NCBI GenBank assembly: GCA_017402995.1
Contig: JAFQOV010000004.1
Span: forward strand, 54,485 to 118,484
DNA from: Candidatus Gastranaerophilales bacterium
Lineage (GTDB): Bacteria; Cyanobacteriota; Vampirovibrionia; Gastranaerophilales; Gastranaerophilaceae
Direction: 5' to 3'
DNA: 64,000 bases
The position numbers and the translations under genes are program-made. Of this stretch, positions 41,868 to 52,557 are shown one piece after another; position 1 is the stretch's first letter; each line of letters opens with the position of its first letter. The notes beneath the pieces were generated by a model. That model saw only the letters and a program-made list of their open reading frames with translations, did not search any database and was not told the origin of the DNA.

Positions 41868-42466
41868 TTAGCTTTATCTTTTTCAGATAAAAACCAGTCA
41901 ATCAATGGCTTTTTCTCTCCAAAATTTAGCTTAAATGCGTTTTGGACAGATTCGCCTGTTAAAAAAGGATAACCAACATTATAGGCAAGTGGTTCTTGGG
42001 TAATTCCAAGTTCTGCCATTTTGGTTTCTGACAGTTTCTTTTCTTTTTCGTCATAAATATTTGAATAATTTAACCCCTTAAAACAACAAAAAGGAGTCTT
42101 TGTTCTGCCTTCTTCTTTTTTTGTTAAAAGCCCAAAGGCGCGACAAACAATGCCTCTGTATTTATATACACAACAAGAGCCATTGATTAAAAAAGGACAA
42201 TCATATAAAAATCTTTCGCCTTTAAAATTTCTTCTTTTTTCAATGATTTCAATCATTTTGTCTTCGACTTTTAATCTTGTTTCAACAGGCAATTCAAACA
42301 TTCCCTGAACAAGATATTTAACTTCTAAAAGCGAATATGGAAATTGTGCATTTTGGCAACACAAAGAGCACCCTTCTTTGCAGAAGATATAGGGCTTTTG
42401 TGCTTCAAAAAATTTGTTTAATTTTTTCTCTAAAAATTCTAAATATTGTTCGTATCTTCGTAACAT
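41864..42466 (-). CDS. YkgJ/UPF0153 family cysteine-cluster protein
   Basis: CKEGCSLCC...CPFL..GSCCVY..R..VCR pattern typical of the family. Confidence 0.6.
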   Translation of the reverse strand: MLRRYEQYLEFLEKKLNKFFEAQKPYIFCKEGCSLCCQNAQFPYSLLEVKYLVQGMFELPVETRLKVEDKMIEIIEKRRNFKGERFLYDCPFLINGSCCVYKYRGIVCRAFGLLTKKEEGRTKTPFCCFKGLNYSNIYDEKEKKLSETKMAELGITQEPLAYNVGYPFLTGESVQNAFKLNFGEKKPLIDWFLSEKDKAN

Positions 42467-42567
42467 TATTTTATCCTTCGATTAAATAATAAAACAAAAA
42501 TAAAAATCTTTCTATTTGTTGACCAAAAAAATAAAAATCTATAAAATTGAATAGATGGAGTAAAGCT

Positions 42568-43740
42568 ATGAATTTAAATAAATTATTAAAATTATGGGTT
42601 CAAAATAATCTGATTTCAAATGAACAACAACAAACAATAAAAGATTTCATGAAAGAAAGACAAAAAGTTCAACTTTTTCGTTTTTTGAAGTGGATTTCGA
42701 TTTTTGCTGCAGTTTGGATGATTATTGGTGTTGTTAATATTGTTGTCAATTTTTTCCAATTAGATTTTATGGAAAAAATATTAATGTTTATTCTTAAATT
42801 TTTCTCAACAATCGTTAACTTTGTCAAAAGTTTTATTTGTGAACCGATTTATCAAGCTTTTTATTACATTTTTGGCGATAATACTGGCTATTTTTTCTGG
42901 TCGATTCTTTGTTTGGTTGGCTTTTGGGTTGCTTTTATTTGCTCTCAAAAATATAGCGAAAAGACAAAAAATGACGTCGAAGTTTTGAATTTATCAGATG
43001 AACAGAAATATTTTTTAAAAACTTCATATGTCTTAGACTTTATTTCTTGTGTATTTTTGGCTGCTGTTTTTTGCCTATGGAATATGCTTTTAATTCCAAG
43101 CGGACATACAAGATTTGATGATAAAATTTTCCCATTTTTTAATGTTTTTGGGGCAATTACATTTTTTATTGGCGCGTATAAAATCAAAAAACCTTTGTGG
43201 TTGTTTTTTGCGATATATTTTGTTTCTTTAAGTGTCGGAATGTTTTGGGGGTATGCTAGTGCTTGTTATTGGATTGGTGCATCAAGACCTGTTATTCAAG
43301 CACTTGTTGGTTTGATTTTGATTTTGATTGGACATATCACATGGCAAAATTTAAAAATAAACAATCAAGAAGATGAAATATTAGAAAAATTCGGCTCAAT
43401 TTATACTGCTTTTGGGCTCTTCTTTGTTTTTCTTGCCCTTTGGATAATGTCTTTGTTTGGATATAAAGTGAGCGATAGTTTTTACGAGCCAAGTTCTGTT
43501 GAGCTTTGGTGTTGTAATATTGCCTTTATTTGCGCATCATTGTTCGCAATGAGCTATGGAGCAAGGGTTGAAAAGAAAATCTACTTTAATTATGGTTTAA
43601 CTTTTTTGTTCATTGAGACATATACTGTTTTTTGTTCAAGAATAATGAGTTCAATCGGTATTGGCTTTGGCGCCTTGGGGCTAGGGCTTTTGCTTTTGTT
43701 GACAGTTAAGACGATTAAAAAAATATATTTGAAAAGATAA
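42568..43740 (+). CDS. multi-pass integral membrane protein, unknown function
   Basis: About 10 hydrophobic helices; ATG at 42568 is preferred over the TTG at 42547. Confidence 0.5.
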   Translation: MNLNKLLKLWVQNNLISNEQQQTIKDFMKERQKVQLFRFLKWISIFAAVWMIIGVVNIVVNFFQLDFMEKILMFILKFFSTIVNFVKSFICEPIYQAFYYIFGDNTGYFFWSILCLVGFWVAFICSQKYSEKTKNDVEVLNLSDEQKYFLKTSYVLDFISCVFLAAVFCLWNMLLIPSGHTRFDDKIFPFFNVFGAITFFIGAYKIKKPLWLFFAIYFVSLSVGMFWGYASACYWIGASRPVIQALVGLILILIGHITWQNLKINNQEDEILEKFGSIYTAFGLFFVFLALWIMSLFGYKVSDSFYEPSSVELWCCNIAFICASLFAMSYGARVEKKIYFNYGLTFLFIETYTVFCSRIMSSIGIGFGALGLGLLLLLTVKTIKKIYLKR

Positions 43741-43949
43741 AAACAAAACTTTAGTTTTTTATAAAAAGCTAAACATTATTTCTAAAAGGCATGTTTTTAT
43801 AGTAAAAAAAACCAAAAAATTAAAATCTTAAAATCTCAAAAAGCCTTTAAAAATCAACAATAATTCCTTTTTTAACCATGCCCAAAAATAGCAAAAAACT
43901 TTATTTTTTTGTGTTATACTTATATTACTAATGACTTTTTGGGGGAATA

Positions 43950-46010
43950 ATGACCTTTAAGGCGGGCATATGGCAAAGCGAAATTAACGTTCGCGATTTT
44001 ATACAAACAAACTATACTCCATATGAAGGTAATTCAGACTTTCTTGAATCACCAACAAATGCTACAAGAAAATTGTGGGATAGATGTTGCGAACTATTTA
44101 AACAAGAAAGAAAAAAAGGCGGTGTTTTGGACATGGATACTAAAATCGTATCTACCATTACATCTCACAAAGCTGGCTATATTAATAAAACCCTTGAAAC
44201 AATTGTAGGTTTGCAAACAGATACTCCATTAAAGCGCTCTATGCAACCATTTGGCGGTATCAGAATGGCAGAAACTGCATGTAAATCGTATGGTTATGAA
44301 ATTGACCCAGAAGTCGCAAAAATATTTAAAAAATACAGAAAAACACACAACCAAGGTGTTTTTGATGTTTACACTCCAGAGATGAAAGCTGCTAGACACT
44401 CTGGTATCATTACAGGACTTCCAGACGCCTATGGCAGAGGTCGTATTATTGGTGATTATAGAAGAATTGCATTATATGGTATCGATAGACTAATTGAAGA
44501 TAAACAAGCTCAATTCGCTTCGTTATATGGCGATATGACTGCTGAAAAAATTCAATTAAGAGAAGAAATTGCCGAGCAAATCAGAGCTCTTAATGAAATG
44601 GCAAAATTGGGCGATATCTACGGTTTTGACATTAGAAAACCAGCAAGAAGCGCAAAAGAAGCAATCCAATGGCTATATTTTGGCTATTTGTCTGCCGTCA
44701 AGGAGCAAAATGGCGCAGCAATGTCTATTGGAAGAACTTCAACTTTTCTTGATATTTTTATTGAAAGAGATTTAAAAAACGGCATTATCACCGAAAAACA
44801 AGCCCAAGAAATGATTGACCATTTCATCATGAAATTAAGACTTGTTAAATTTGCAAGAACTCCTGAATATAATTCATTATTTTCGGGTGATCCAACATGG
44901 GTTACAGAGTCAATTGGTGGCATGGGGCTTGATGGTAGACCATTAGTTACAAAAAACTCATTTAGATATTTAAGAACATTAGAAAACCTTGGCACAGCAC
45001 CAGAACCAAACCTAACAGTTCTTTGGTCAAAGGATTTACCAAGGGCTTTTAAAGAATATTGTGCGCATATTTCAATCAAAACTTCATCAATTCAATATGA
45101 AAATGATGACATGATGAGACAAATCCACGGAGATGACTATGCGATTGCATGTTGTGTTTCATCAATGGTTGTTGGAAAAGAAATGCAATTTTTTGGAGCA
45201 CGTGCTAACCTTGCGAAATGTTTGCTTTACGCGATTAATGGTGGTGTAGACGAGATTTCAAAAGAACAAGTTGCACCAAAATATGAACCAATTCAATCAG
45301 AATATTTAAATTTTGAAGAAGTAGCTCAAAAGTTTGAAGCCATGATGGAATGGCTTGCAGGGTTATATGTTAATACTTTAAATGTAATTCATTACATGCA
45401 TGATAAATATTGTTATGAATGTTCTCAAATGGCGCTTCATGATAGAGATGTGAAACGTTATTTTGCAACAGGCATTGCAGGACTTTCTGTTGTTGCAGAT
45501 TCTCTATCTGCAATTAAATATGCAAAAGTTAAGACAATTAGAGATGAAAACGGCATTGTTGTAGATTATGAAACAGAAGGCGAATTTCCAAAATATGGAA
45601 ATAATGATGACAGAGTAGATACTATCGCGTCAGAATTGGTTTCAAAATTTATGAATATGATTAGAAAACATCATACATATAGAAATTCAATTCCAACAAT
45701 GTCTATTTTAACAATCACATCAAATGTGGTTTACGGCAAAAAAACAGGCAATACGCCAGATGGCAGAAAACAAGGCGTGCCATTAGCACCTGGGGCAAAT
45801 CCAATGCACGGAAGAGACACAAACGGCGCTGTTGCATCTTTGGCTTCTGTTGCAAAATTGCCATTTAAAGACGCACAAGACGGCATTTCAAATACTTTTT
45901 CAATAATTCCAAATGCACTTGGCAAAGACGAAATTTTTATGGGCGATTTAGATATACAACTAGATTGCGGTTGCAACATTAAAACCTGTTATGGACTAGA
46001 CGAAAGATAA
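43950..46010 (+). CDS. pflB: pyruvate formate-lyase (glycyl radical enzyme) body lacking the glycyl-radical C-terminal domain
   Basis: PFL N-terminus [20 protein letters not shown]; active-site CC (ACCVS); [21 protein letters not shown]. Ends right after NALGKD with an unrelated 26-aa tail. Confidence 0.85.
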   Translation: MTFKAGIWQSEINVRDFIQTNYTPYEGNSDFLESPTNATRKLWDRCCELFKQERKKGGVLDMDTKIVSTITSHKAGYINKTLETIVGLQTDTPLKRSMQPFGGIRMAETACKSYGYEIDPEVAKIFKKYRKTHNQGVFDVYTPEMKAARHSGIITGLPDAYGRGRIIGDYRRIALYGIDRLIEDKQAQFASLYGDMTAEKIQLREEIAEQIRALNEMAKLGDIYGFDIRKPARSAKEAIQWLYFGYLSAVKEQNGAAMSIGRTSTFLDIFIERDLKNGIITEKQAQEMIDHFIMKLRLVKFARTPEYNSLFSGDPTWVTESIGGMGLDGRPLVTKNSFRYLRTLENLGTAPEPNLTVLWSKDLPRAFKEYCAHISIKTSSIQYENDDMMRQIHGDDYAIACCVSSMVVGKEMQFFGARANLAKCLLYAINGGVDEISKEQVAPKYEPIQSEYLNFEEVAQKFEAMMEWLAGLYVNTLNVIHYMHDKYCYECSQMALHDRDVKRYFATGIAGLSVVADSLSAIKYAKVKTIRDENGIVVDYETEGEFPKYGNNDDRVDTIASELVSKFMNMIRKHHTYRNSIPTMSILTITSNVVYGKKTGNTPDGRKQGVPLAPGANPMHGRDTNGAVASLASVAKLPFKDAQDGISNTFSIIPNALGKDEIFMGDLDIQLDCGCNIKTCYGLDER

Positions 46011-46012
46011 AA

Positions 46013-46255
46013 ATGACAACTCAACAAGAAAAAAACTTAATAGATTTATTAGATGGCTATGTTGAAAAAGGTGGTCATCATTTGAATGTTAATGTTTTTA
46101 ATAAAGATACTTTACTAGACGCGCAAATTCACCCAGAAAAATATCCACAATTGACAGTTAGAGTTTCTGGATATGCTGTGAATTTCATCAAATTAACTAA
46201 AGAACAACAAGACGACGTTATCTCTCGTACTTTTCACACAAAAATTGGTGGTTAA
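46013..46255 (+). CDS. stand-alone glycyl-radical domain (GrcA/YfiD-like; C-terminal piece of PFL)
   Basis: [64 protein letters not shown] carries the RVSGYAV glycyl radical fingerprint. Confidence 0.8.
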   Translation: MTTQQEKNLIDLLDGYVEKGGHHLNVNVFNKDTLLDAQIHPEKYPQLTVRVSGYAVNFIKLTKEQQDDVISRTFHTKIGG

Positions 46256-46861
46256 TTAATCTTCTAATAGTTCGCCAACTCTTTGTTGCAAGATGTTATA
46301 GACATCAATTGTTGAAGAACAAATATAGAGCTTTCTTTTTACAAGGCTTTTGATTGTTTCGCAAAAACATTTTAACAATGCTAAATCAAGCCCAATTACG
46401 CCTTTGTTTTCTTCAATTAGTTTCCAAATTTTTGAGCTATATTTTTCATCTCTGCTGTTTGGTTCAATTTTATCTGCTAAGAAAATGATTTTGTCAAACA
46501 AAGTCATATCCACTGCGCCAATAGTATGATTTTTAATTGCTTGAATTATTTCAGGGTCATCTATTTCAAATTCTTGTTTTGCAACGTATGTGCCAACGAT
46601 AGCATGATATGTTTTTGGATTTTTTAATTCATTTTCTTGAAACCCTGTTTTTATGATGTTTTTAATGATATCTAAAGATTTTTCGTCATCAAAATTTTTA
46701 GCACAATCATGAATTAAACCGGTTAAATATGCTTTTTCTTCGTCAAGTTTATATATTCTTGCAAGTTTTTGAGCGGTTTCCGCGCAACCTAAAGAGTGCG
46801 CATAGCGCTTAGCTGTAAGATTTTTTTGTAGCCAAGTCAGTATATAATCTGTTGTTTTCAA
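46256..46861 (-). CDS. yqeK: HD-domain bis(5'-nucleosyl)-tetraphosphatase YqeK
   Basis: RYAHSLGCAETA...GLIHDCAK HD motif; follows nadD as in many genomes. Confidence 0.78.
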   Translation of the reverse strand: MKTTDYILTWLQKNLTAKRYAHSLGCAETAQKLARIYKLDEEKAYLTGLIHDCAKNFDDEKSLDIIKNIIKTGFQENELKNPKTYHAIVGTYVAKQEFEIDDPEIIQAIKNHTIGAVDMTLFDKIIFLADKIEPNSRDEKYSSKIWKLIEENKGVIGLDLALLKCFCETIKSLVKRKLYICSSTIDVYNILQQRVGELLED

Positions 46862-47429
46862 TGTATTCCTTCACTTCTTTTGTCACAAGACCTGTGATTT
46901 CTTCGTTTTGTGTTGCTAGTTTTCTAATCATGCTTGATGAAATATCAAGAAAATCTATGTCTGCTATTTCAAAATCAAACCCTTTGTTTTTGAAATATTG
47001 AAAAGCCATTGGACCTAGTGTTTGTCCGTTTTGAAATCTTCTTGGTATAACAACGAAATGTATTTTTTCTTTTAAAATTTCAGGCTCTTTCCAGCTTTCA
47101 AGCTTGAAAAATTGGTCATAGCCGATTATAAAATTAACTTTTTGATTGCCATTTTGTTCGTAAATTTTTTCAATTGTACGATAGGTATAGCTTGGCACTC
47201 TCAATTTAAATTCGATATCTGAGACGTTTTCTTTTCCAAGTGCAAGTTGCGCCATCTCAAGCCTGTTTTTAAAAGGCAAAAGCCCGTCAATTTTGTGTGG
47301 TGGCATAAAAGATGGAACAAAAATTACACGGTCAAACCCTAGTTTTTCTTTGATTTGGCGCGCAATTTCGATATGTCCCAAATGGATTGGGTTAAATGTT
47401 CCAAAAAAATAACATTCCATATTAATCAT
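46809..47429 (-). CDS. nadD: nicotinate-nucleotide adenylyltransferase
   Basis: FFGTFNPIHLGH (GxFxPxHxGH); ISSSMIR near the C-terminus. Confidence 0.85.
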   Translation of the reverse strand: MINMECYFFGTFNPIHLGHIEIARQIKEKLGFDRVIFVPSFMPPHKIDGLLPFKNRLEMAQLALGKENVSDIEFKLRVPSYTYRTIEKIYEQNGNQKVNFIIGYDQFFKLESWKEPEILKEKIHFVVIPRRFQNGQTLGPMAFQYFKNKGFDFEIADIDFLDISSSMIRKLATQNEEITGLVTKEVKEYIENNRLYTDLATKKSYS

Positions 47430-47453
47430 TATTATATTACAATTAAACTAATC

Positions 47454-49034
47454 ATGAAAGCTCTCGACTCTTTAACTTTACAATATTTTTATAAAGAAAA
47501 TTTTGATTTTATTCAAGGCTCTGTTGTGCAAAAAATTCAATTGCCATCTCGATATGAAGTCATTTTGAATATTCGAAATATTAACAAAAGTCAAAACAAA
47601 AAATTATATATCAATATAAATCCTAAATATCCACATGTTTGTTTTATTGATGAAAATAGTGCGAACTTGAGAGATATTAAAATTCCAAAAAACCCACCAA
47701 TGTTTTGCATGCAACTAAGAAAATATTTGAGTGGTTCAAAAATTAAGGATTTTAGAGTTGTTGAATACGAAAGAATTTTGGAAATTTATTTTGATTATTT
47801 TGATGAAATAGGTTCATTGACTTCAATTTGTCTTGCCGTTGAATTAATGGGTAAGCATTCAAATATTATTTTATATAATGTTCAAAATAAGACTATAATT
47901 GGCGCAATGCACAATATTTCGGCAGATAAGAGCTCTGTTCGCGAGATTTATGGTGGAATAAAATATTTTTATCCTCCGCAAAAACAAAAATTAGATATTT
48001 TAAAAACAAGTTTTTCAACTTTTAGCGAAATTGCAAAAGATTTAGATATTAAAAAAATAGCAGATAATTTTTACTATTTTAATCAGGCATTAGTTGAAAA
48101 ATTAACAGACGAAAATAATGATAAATTAGTTCTGTTTAACAAAATGCAAGAATTGCAAAGCTTAAAAAATATTGATTTTATCATTTCTTTTTGGAAAGAG
48201 GAAGAAAATATCAACCTTGCAATTGATAATTATTTTTCAGGATTTATTTTTGATGAAATTTTAAAAACCAAAAAAGCTGAATTAAAAAAATATCTAAATA
48301 AAGATTTGAAAAAAACTCAAAAAGCGCTTTTTGTTGAGCCAAATGAGAAAAAACAAGAAAACTACAAGCTTTTTGGTGATTTAATTATGTCTTATCTATA
48401 TGAAATTAAAGAAGGGCAAAAAGAGTTTAAAAAAGACGATTTTGTAATCGAACTTGATGAAAACAAAACACCAACTCAAAATGCACAAAAATATTATCAA
48501 ATGTATAAAAAGGCAAAAACAGCGTTTGAAATTGAACAAGAAAGATATCGAAAAGCAAAAGAAAAAAAAGAATATTATGAAAGTATTATTTTCAACATTG
48601 AAAACGCTTCTGATTTTGAAATTTTGGAAGAAATCAAAGAAGAATTAAACTCAATTGGTTTGATTTCGCAAAAAATGGATAAAAAAAATCAAGTTAAAGT
48701 CGAAAAAATTGAATTTAAGGGTTGGGAAATTTATATTGGAAAAAATAATAAGCAAAATGATTTTTTAATTTCAAAAATTGCGACAGGCGAAGATTTATGG
48801 TTCCATGGGCAAAATTATCCGTCTAGTCATATAATTTTAAAAATTCCAAACAATAAAAAAGAACCAACTAAAGAAATTTTGGAATTTTGCGCAAAACTGA
48901 CAAAAGAAAATTCAAAAGCACGTGATGGTGGAAAAGCAAGCGTTATTATGACCAAAAGAAAAAATTTGAAAAAACCACCAAACACATATCTTGGTTATGT
49001 CACATATAAAAATGAAATTGAAATTGTGATTTAA
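47454..49034 (+). CDS. NFACT-family ribosome quality control protein (RqcH/FbpA-like)
   Basis: NFACT-N N-terminus and C-terminal NFACT-R block DLWFHGQNYPSSHIILK. The ATG at 47454 avoids overlap with the divergent nadD. Confidence 0.72.
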   Translation: MKALDSLTLQYFYKENFDFIQGSVVQKIQLPSRYEVILNIRNINKSQNKKLYININPKYPHVCFIDENSANLRDIKIPKNPPMFCMQLRKYLSGSKIKDFRVVEYERILEIYFDYFDEIGSLTSICLAVELMGKHSNIILYNVQNKTIIGAMHNISADKSSVREIYGGIKYFYPPQKQKLDILKTSFSTFSEIAKDLDIKKIADNFYYFNQALVEKLTDENNDKLVLFNKMQELQSLKNIDFIISFWKEEENINLAIDNYFSGFIFDEILKTKKAELKKYLNKDLKKTQKALFVEPNEKKQENYKLFGDLIMSYLYEIKEGQKEFKKDDFVIELDENKTPTQNAQKYYQMYKKAKTAFEIEQERYRKAKEKKEYYESIIFNIENASDFEILEEIKEELNSIGLISQKMDKKNQVKVEKIEFKGWEIYIGKNNKQNDFLISKIATGEDLWFHGQNYPSSHIILKIPNNKKEPTKEILEFCAKLTKENSKARDGGKASVIMTKRKNLKKPPNTYLGYVTYKNEIEIVI

Positions 49035-49118
49035 AAGTTAATTTTTTTTAAAATACTTGAACCATGCTTTGTTTTTGTGCTTTACTTTTTATATACAAGT
49101 ATAAGCTCGTGGGGAATA

Positions 49119-49598
49119 ATGAAAATTAACAATACAAGTGTTGGTGTTGGAGCAAGCGCATTGGTTGGCGGTTGCGCTGGTTTAGCTGCAGATAAATTGG
49201 TTAAAATCAACCCAGACAAAAAATGGACAAATTTTGTTTCAGATTTACAAGCAAAAATTATTTTAAAGAAAACAACAAAAGATGTTTTTGAATTGAAAAC
49301 AAAAAGAAATGTTTTATCACAAGCTCAAGGTGCACTAGATAACGCTGATAATATTGCAAAGGCAAACAAAAAAGGACTTGAAAATTTAGCAAAACGCTTT
49401 AATCTTCCTTTTAATGATGAATCAAACGCAAAATCTTTATTGAAAAATTTATCAGAAAAAACTGATGTTGCTTGTGAAACATTTGCAAGTTCAATGAAAA
49501 AACAACGAAAGGCAAATTTCGTTATCGCTGGCGCTATGGCATTTGCAGCGGTTGCCGCAGTTGTTATAAACAAAATAAAAGATAATAAAGAAGGTTAA
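49119..49598 (+). CDS. hypothetical protein with hydrophobic N- and C-terminal segments
   Basis: MKINNTSVGVGASALVGG... start with GGGGAATAATG context; C-terminal FVIAGAMAFAAVAAVVI. Confidence 0.45.
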   Translation: MKINNTSVGVGASALVGGCAGLAADKLVKINPDKKWTNFVSDLQAKIILKKTTKDVFELKTKRNVLSQAQGALDNADNIAKANKKGLENLAKRFNLPFNDESNAKSLLKNLSEKTDVACETFASSMKKQRKANFVIAGAMAFAAVAAVVINKIKDNKEG

Positions 49599-49609
49599 AA
49601 TAAAATTTA

Positions 49610-49635
49610 AAAACGGGAATTTTCCCGTTTTTTTA
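49610..49635 (+). terminator. rho-independent terminator
   Basis: acggga-attt-tcccgt followed by T7. Confidence 0.85.
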
Positions 49636-49697
49636 TGCGTATTTCCTTAGTTTTTGTAATATAATACAATTATTGATACATAAATAAAGGAAAAAAT

Positions 49698-52157
49698 ATG
49701 CAAGTTTCATATGAATGGCTTAATGAATTCGTTGATTTAGTTGGTATTACCCCTGAAGAAATAGCTCACAATTTAACAATGTCAGGGTTAGAAGTTGAAG
49801 AAATTGAACACAAAAAACCATCTTTTTCAAACATAAGAACTGCAAAAATTATAAAAATAGATAATCACCCGAACGCAGATAAATTGCACCTTGTTACATT
49901 AGATTTGGGTGGGGTTGAAAAACGCGTTGTTTGTGGCGCACAAAACATTGAAGTTGGTCAAATAATTCCATATGCTTCTGTTGGTTCAAAAGTTTTAGAT
50001 AGAAAAACTGGTGAACAGTTTGAATTAACCCCTGCGGTTATTCGCGGTGTAGAATCTCAAGGAATGTTATGTTCTCAAGATGAACTTGGTTTATCCAATA
50101 TGCAAGAAGAAGATGGGATTTTAATTTTAAATCGTTTATTCGATAACGTTGAATTAAATCAATCATTAGAAAAACTTTTAAATTTATCTGATGAAATAAT
50201 TTTCCATACTGCACCTACTGCAAACAGGGGCGACCAAATGAGCGTAATCGGCATTGCAAGAGAATTGAGTGCATTATTTAATCGCCCATTGAAATTTGAA
50301 AAATTAAACATTGAAGACAAAAAAGCAGATTTCGAAGTTGAAATTAAAGCGCCTGACGCATGTAAATTTTATTCTGTTGCAGTTTTGAAAAATCTTGAAA
50401 TCAAACCATCTCCTGATTTTATTCAAAGAAGAATTACAGCTTGTGGTATGCGCCCAATTAATAATATTGTTGACATTACAAACTATGTAATGCTTGAATA
50501 TGGCACACCGCAACATGCTTTTGATTATGACAAATTAAATGGCTATTTAAGCGTCAGATACGCACAAGAAGGCGAAAAATTGACAACGATTGATGAAGTT
50601 GAAAGAAAATTGACTTCTCAAAGTGTTTTAATTGCAACAAAAGACACACCTGTTTGTTTGGGCGGTGTTTTTGGTGGAATGAACTCTGAAATTGATGACA
50701 ATACTAAAAATATCGCTTTAGAAGGTGCATATTTCACATCTCACACAAATCGTAAATCTGCAAGAAGTGTGGGTTATCGTTCTGATGCGTCAAGTCGTTT
50801 TGAGCGCGGAATAGATATTGAAATGGTTATGCCAGCACTTTATCGTTCAATTGAATTATTGCAAAAATATGCTAACGCTGAATTTTGCGGAATTTCAAAA
50901 ACTGGTAATGATCAAAACGAAAACGTTGAAATTACTTTGAGAAATTCTGAAATCAAAAGAATTATGGGTATTGAAATTGAACAAGCTCGCTCAATTGAAA
51001 TTTTAGAAAATCTTGGTTTTGAATTATTAGGCAAAAACGAACTTGCTGCAAAATTCAAAGTGCCAAGTTATAGAGTTGATGACGTTTATCGCGAAATCGA
51101 TTTAATCGAAGAAATTTCAAGAATTGATGGGTTTGATAAAGTTACTCCTCAAATTCCAAACATTTCTCAAGGCGCGCAAATCAGCTTTGATACAAGATGT
51201 ATTAAAACAATTAACGAAACAATGCTTTCATATGGATTTGATGAAATTATCACAAGCTCTTTAGTTGGAAACAACTTATGTAATACATATTTGCAACCAT
51301 TAGACGAAGTTTGCGCGATTAAGGTTCAAAACCCGCACTCAGAAGATTATTCAACACTTCGTCAAGCGCTATATCCAAGCTTGTTAGATGTTGTTAAAAA
51401 TAATTATGACAATGGACAAAAGAATTTTAGATTTTATGAAATAGGAAAAACATATTTTAGAATTCAAGAAGCAAGCGAAGATAATTCTGGCGCAAAAGAA
51501 ATCAGAAAATTGTCTGGTTGCATTTTTGGCAATAAGCAAAACGCATTATACAAAAAAGAACAAAATGATTTCTATACAATCAAAGGTGTTTTAGAAGCGT
51601 TGTTTGAAAAACTTGGTCTTTCAAAAAGAATTGTTTTTGCGCCATTTAACGAAAACGACATTAAAAACTATGAATTTATGCACCCTGCACAAAGCGCAAC
51701 AATTTCAATTTTAGGCAAAAACAAAGAGCCAATTGGTTTTGTTGGAAAATTACATCCAATTTTAAGTGACAAATTGAAATTCAACCAAGCGCTATATGTC
51801 TTTGAAATTAATATTGAAGAGGTGATTTCTTCTGTTGCGCCAAGTGTATCTAAATTTAAAAAGTTACCTGTGTTTGGCGCTGTTCAAAGAGATATTGCTT
51901 TTGTTGTTGAAAAAACTGTCACAAATGATGAAATTAATAAAGTCATTAAAAAATGTGCAGATAAAAATATATTCAAATCTTCAAAAGTTTTTGATATCTA
52001 TGAAGGTGAAAATATTGAACAAGGCAAAAAATCTATGGCATATAGAATTACATTGCAAAACGAAAATCAAACGTTGACTGATGAAACAATCCAAGCAGAA
52101 ATAAATAAAATTAAACTAGGACTTGAAAAAAATATAATCGGTTTAACATTAAGATAG
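49698..52157 (+). CDS. pheT: phenylalanine--tRNA ligase beta subunit
   Basis: 819 aa; MQVSYEWLNEFVDL N-terminus, tRNA-binding domain, B3/4, B5 and FDX-ACB order; pheS is not adjacent. Confidence 0.9.
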   Translation: MQVSYEWLNEFVDLVGITPEEIAHNLTMSGLEVEEIEHKKPSFSNIRTAKIIKIDNHPNADKLHLVTLDLGGVEKRVVCGAQNIEVGQIIPYASVGSKVLDRKTGEQFELTPAVIRGVESQGMLCSQDELGLSNMQEEDGILILNRLFDNVELNQSLEKLLNLSDEIIFHTAPTANRGDQMSVIGIARELSALFNRPLKFEKLNIEDKKADFEVEIKAPDACKFYSVAVLKNLEIKPSPDFIQRRITACGMRPINNIVDITNYVMLEYGTPQHAFDYDKLNGYLSVRYAQEGEKLTTIDEVERKLTSQSVLIATKDTPVCLGGVFGGMNSEIDDNTKNIALEGAYFTSHTNRKSARSVGYRSDASSRFERGIDIEMVMPALYRSIELLQKYANAEFCGISKTGNDQNENVEITLRNSEIKRIMGIEIEQARSIEILENLGFELLGKNELAAKFKVPSYRVDDVYREIDLIEEISRIDGFDKVTPQIPNISQGAQISFDTRCIKTINETMLSYGFDEIITSSLVGNNLCNTYLQPLDEVCAIKVQNPHSEDYSTLRQALYPSLLDVVKNNYDNGQKNFRFYEIGKTYFRIQEASEDNSGAKEIRKLSGCIFGNKQNALYKKEQNDFYTIKGVLEALFEKLGLSKRIVFAPFNENDIKNYEFMHPAQSATISILGKNKEPIGFVGKLHPILSDKLKFNQALYVFEINIEEVISSVAPSVSKFKKLPVFGAVQRDIAFVVEKTVTNDEINKVIKKCADKNIFKSSKVFDIYEGENIEQGKKSMAYRITLQNENQTLTDETIQAEINKIKLGLEKNIIGLTLR

Positions 52158-52163
52158 AAATTA

Positions 52164-52190
52164 AAAAGGCTTGGTTTTCCAAGCCTTTAA
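52164..52190. terminator. bidirectional terminator
   Basis: aaggcttgg-tttt-ccaagcctt. Confidence 0.8.
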
Positions 52191-52192
52191 AT

Positions 52193-52471
52193 TTATCTAA
52201 CGTTATATCCTCTTGCTTTGTTGTTTGTTTGATAGCCTCTTGCAGAAGATGAATCTAAATCTCTTAGAGCTTTTTCATAGTCAATTCTAGCTGCAGCAGC
52301 TGCTTGAATTTTTCTTTCTTGTTGATTTTGAAGTTGTTCTGCTCTTTTTTGTCCGCGAATAGTTGTGTCTTTAATGATATATCTGCCAGTTGAGTCATAT
52401 TCAACACGAGCTAATACACTTAAAGATAGCATTAAAACAGAAACCAAAGCTAAAGATAATGTTTTTTTCAT
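52193..52471 (-). CDS. small secreted hypothetical protein
   Basis: Signal peptide MKKTLSLALVSVLMLSLSVLA; 92 aa. Confidence 0.5.
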   Translation of the reverse strand: MKKTLSLALVSVLMLSLSVLARVEYDSTGRYIIKDTTIRGQKRAEQLQNQQERKIQAAAAARIDYEKALRDLDSSSARGYQTNNKARGYNVR

Positions 52472-52557
52472 TTTTCCTCCAAGTTTAACTTGCTATAACA
52501 ATATAAAACAGGAAAATAGAAAAAAATTCAAATTGTAGATACGCTTTGTTACAAATT

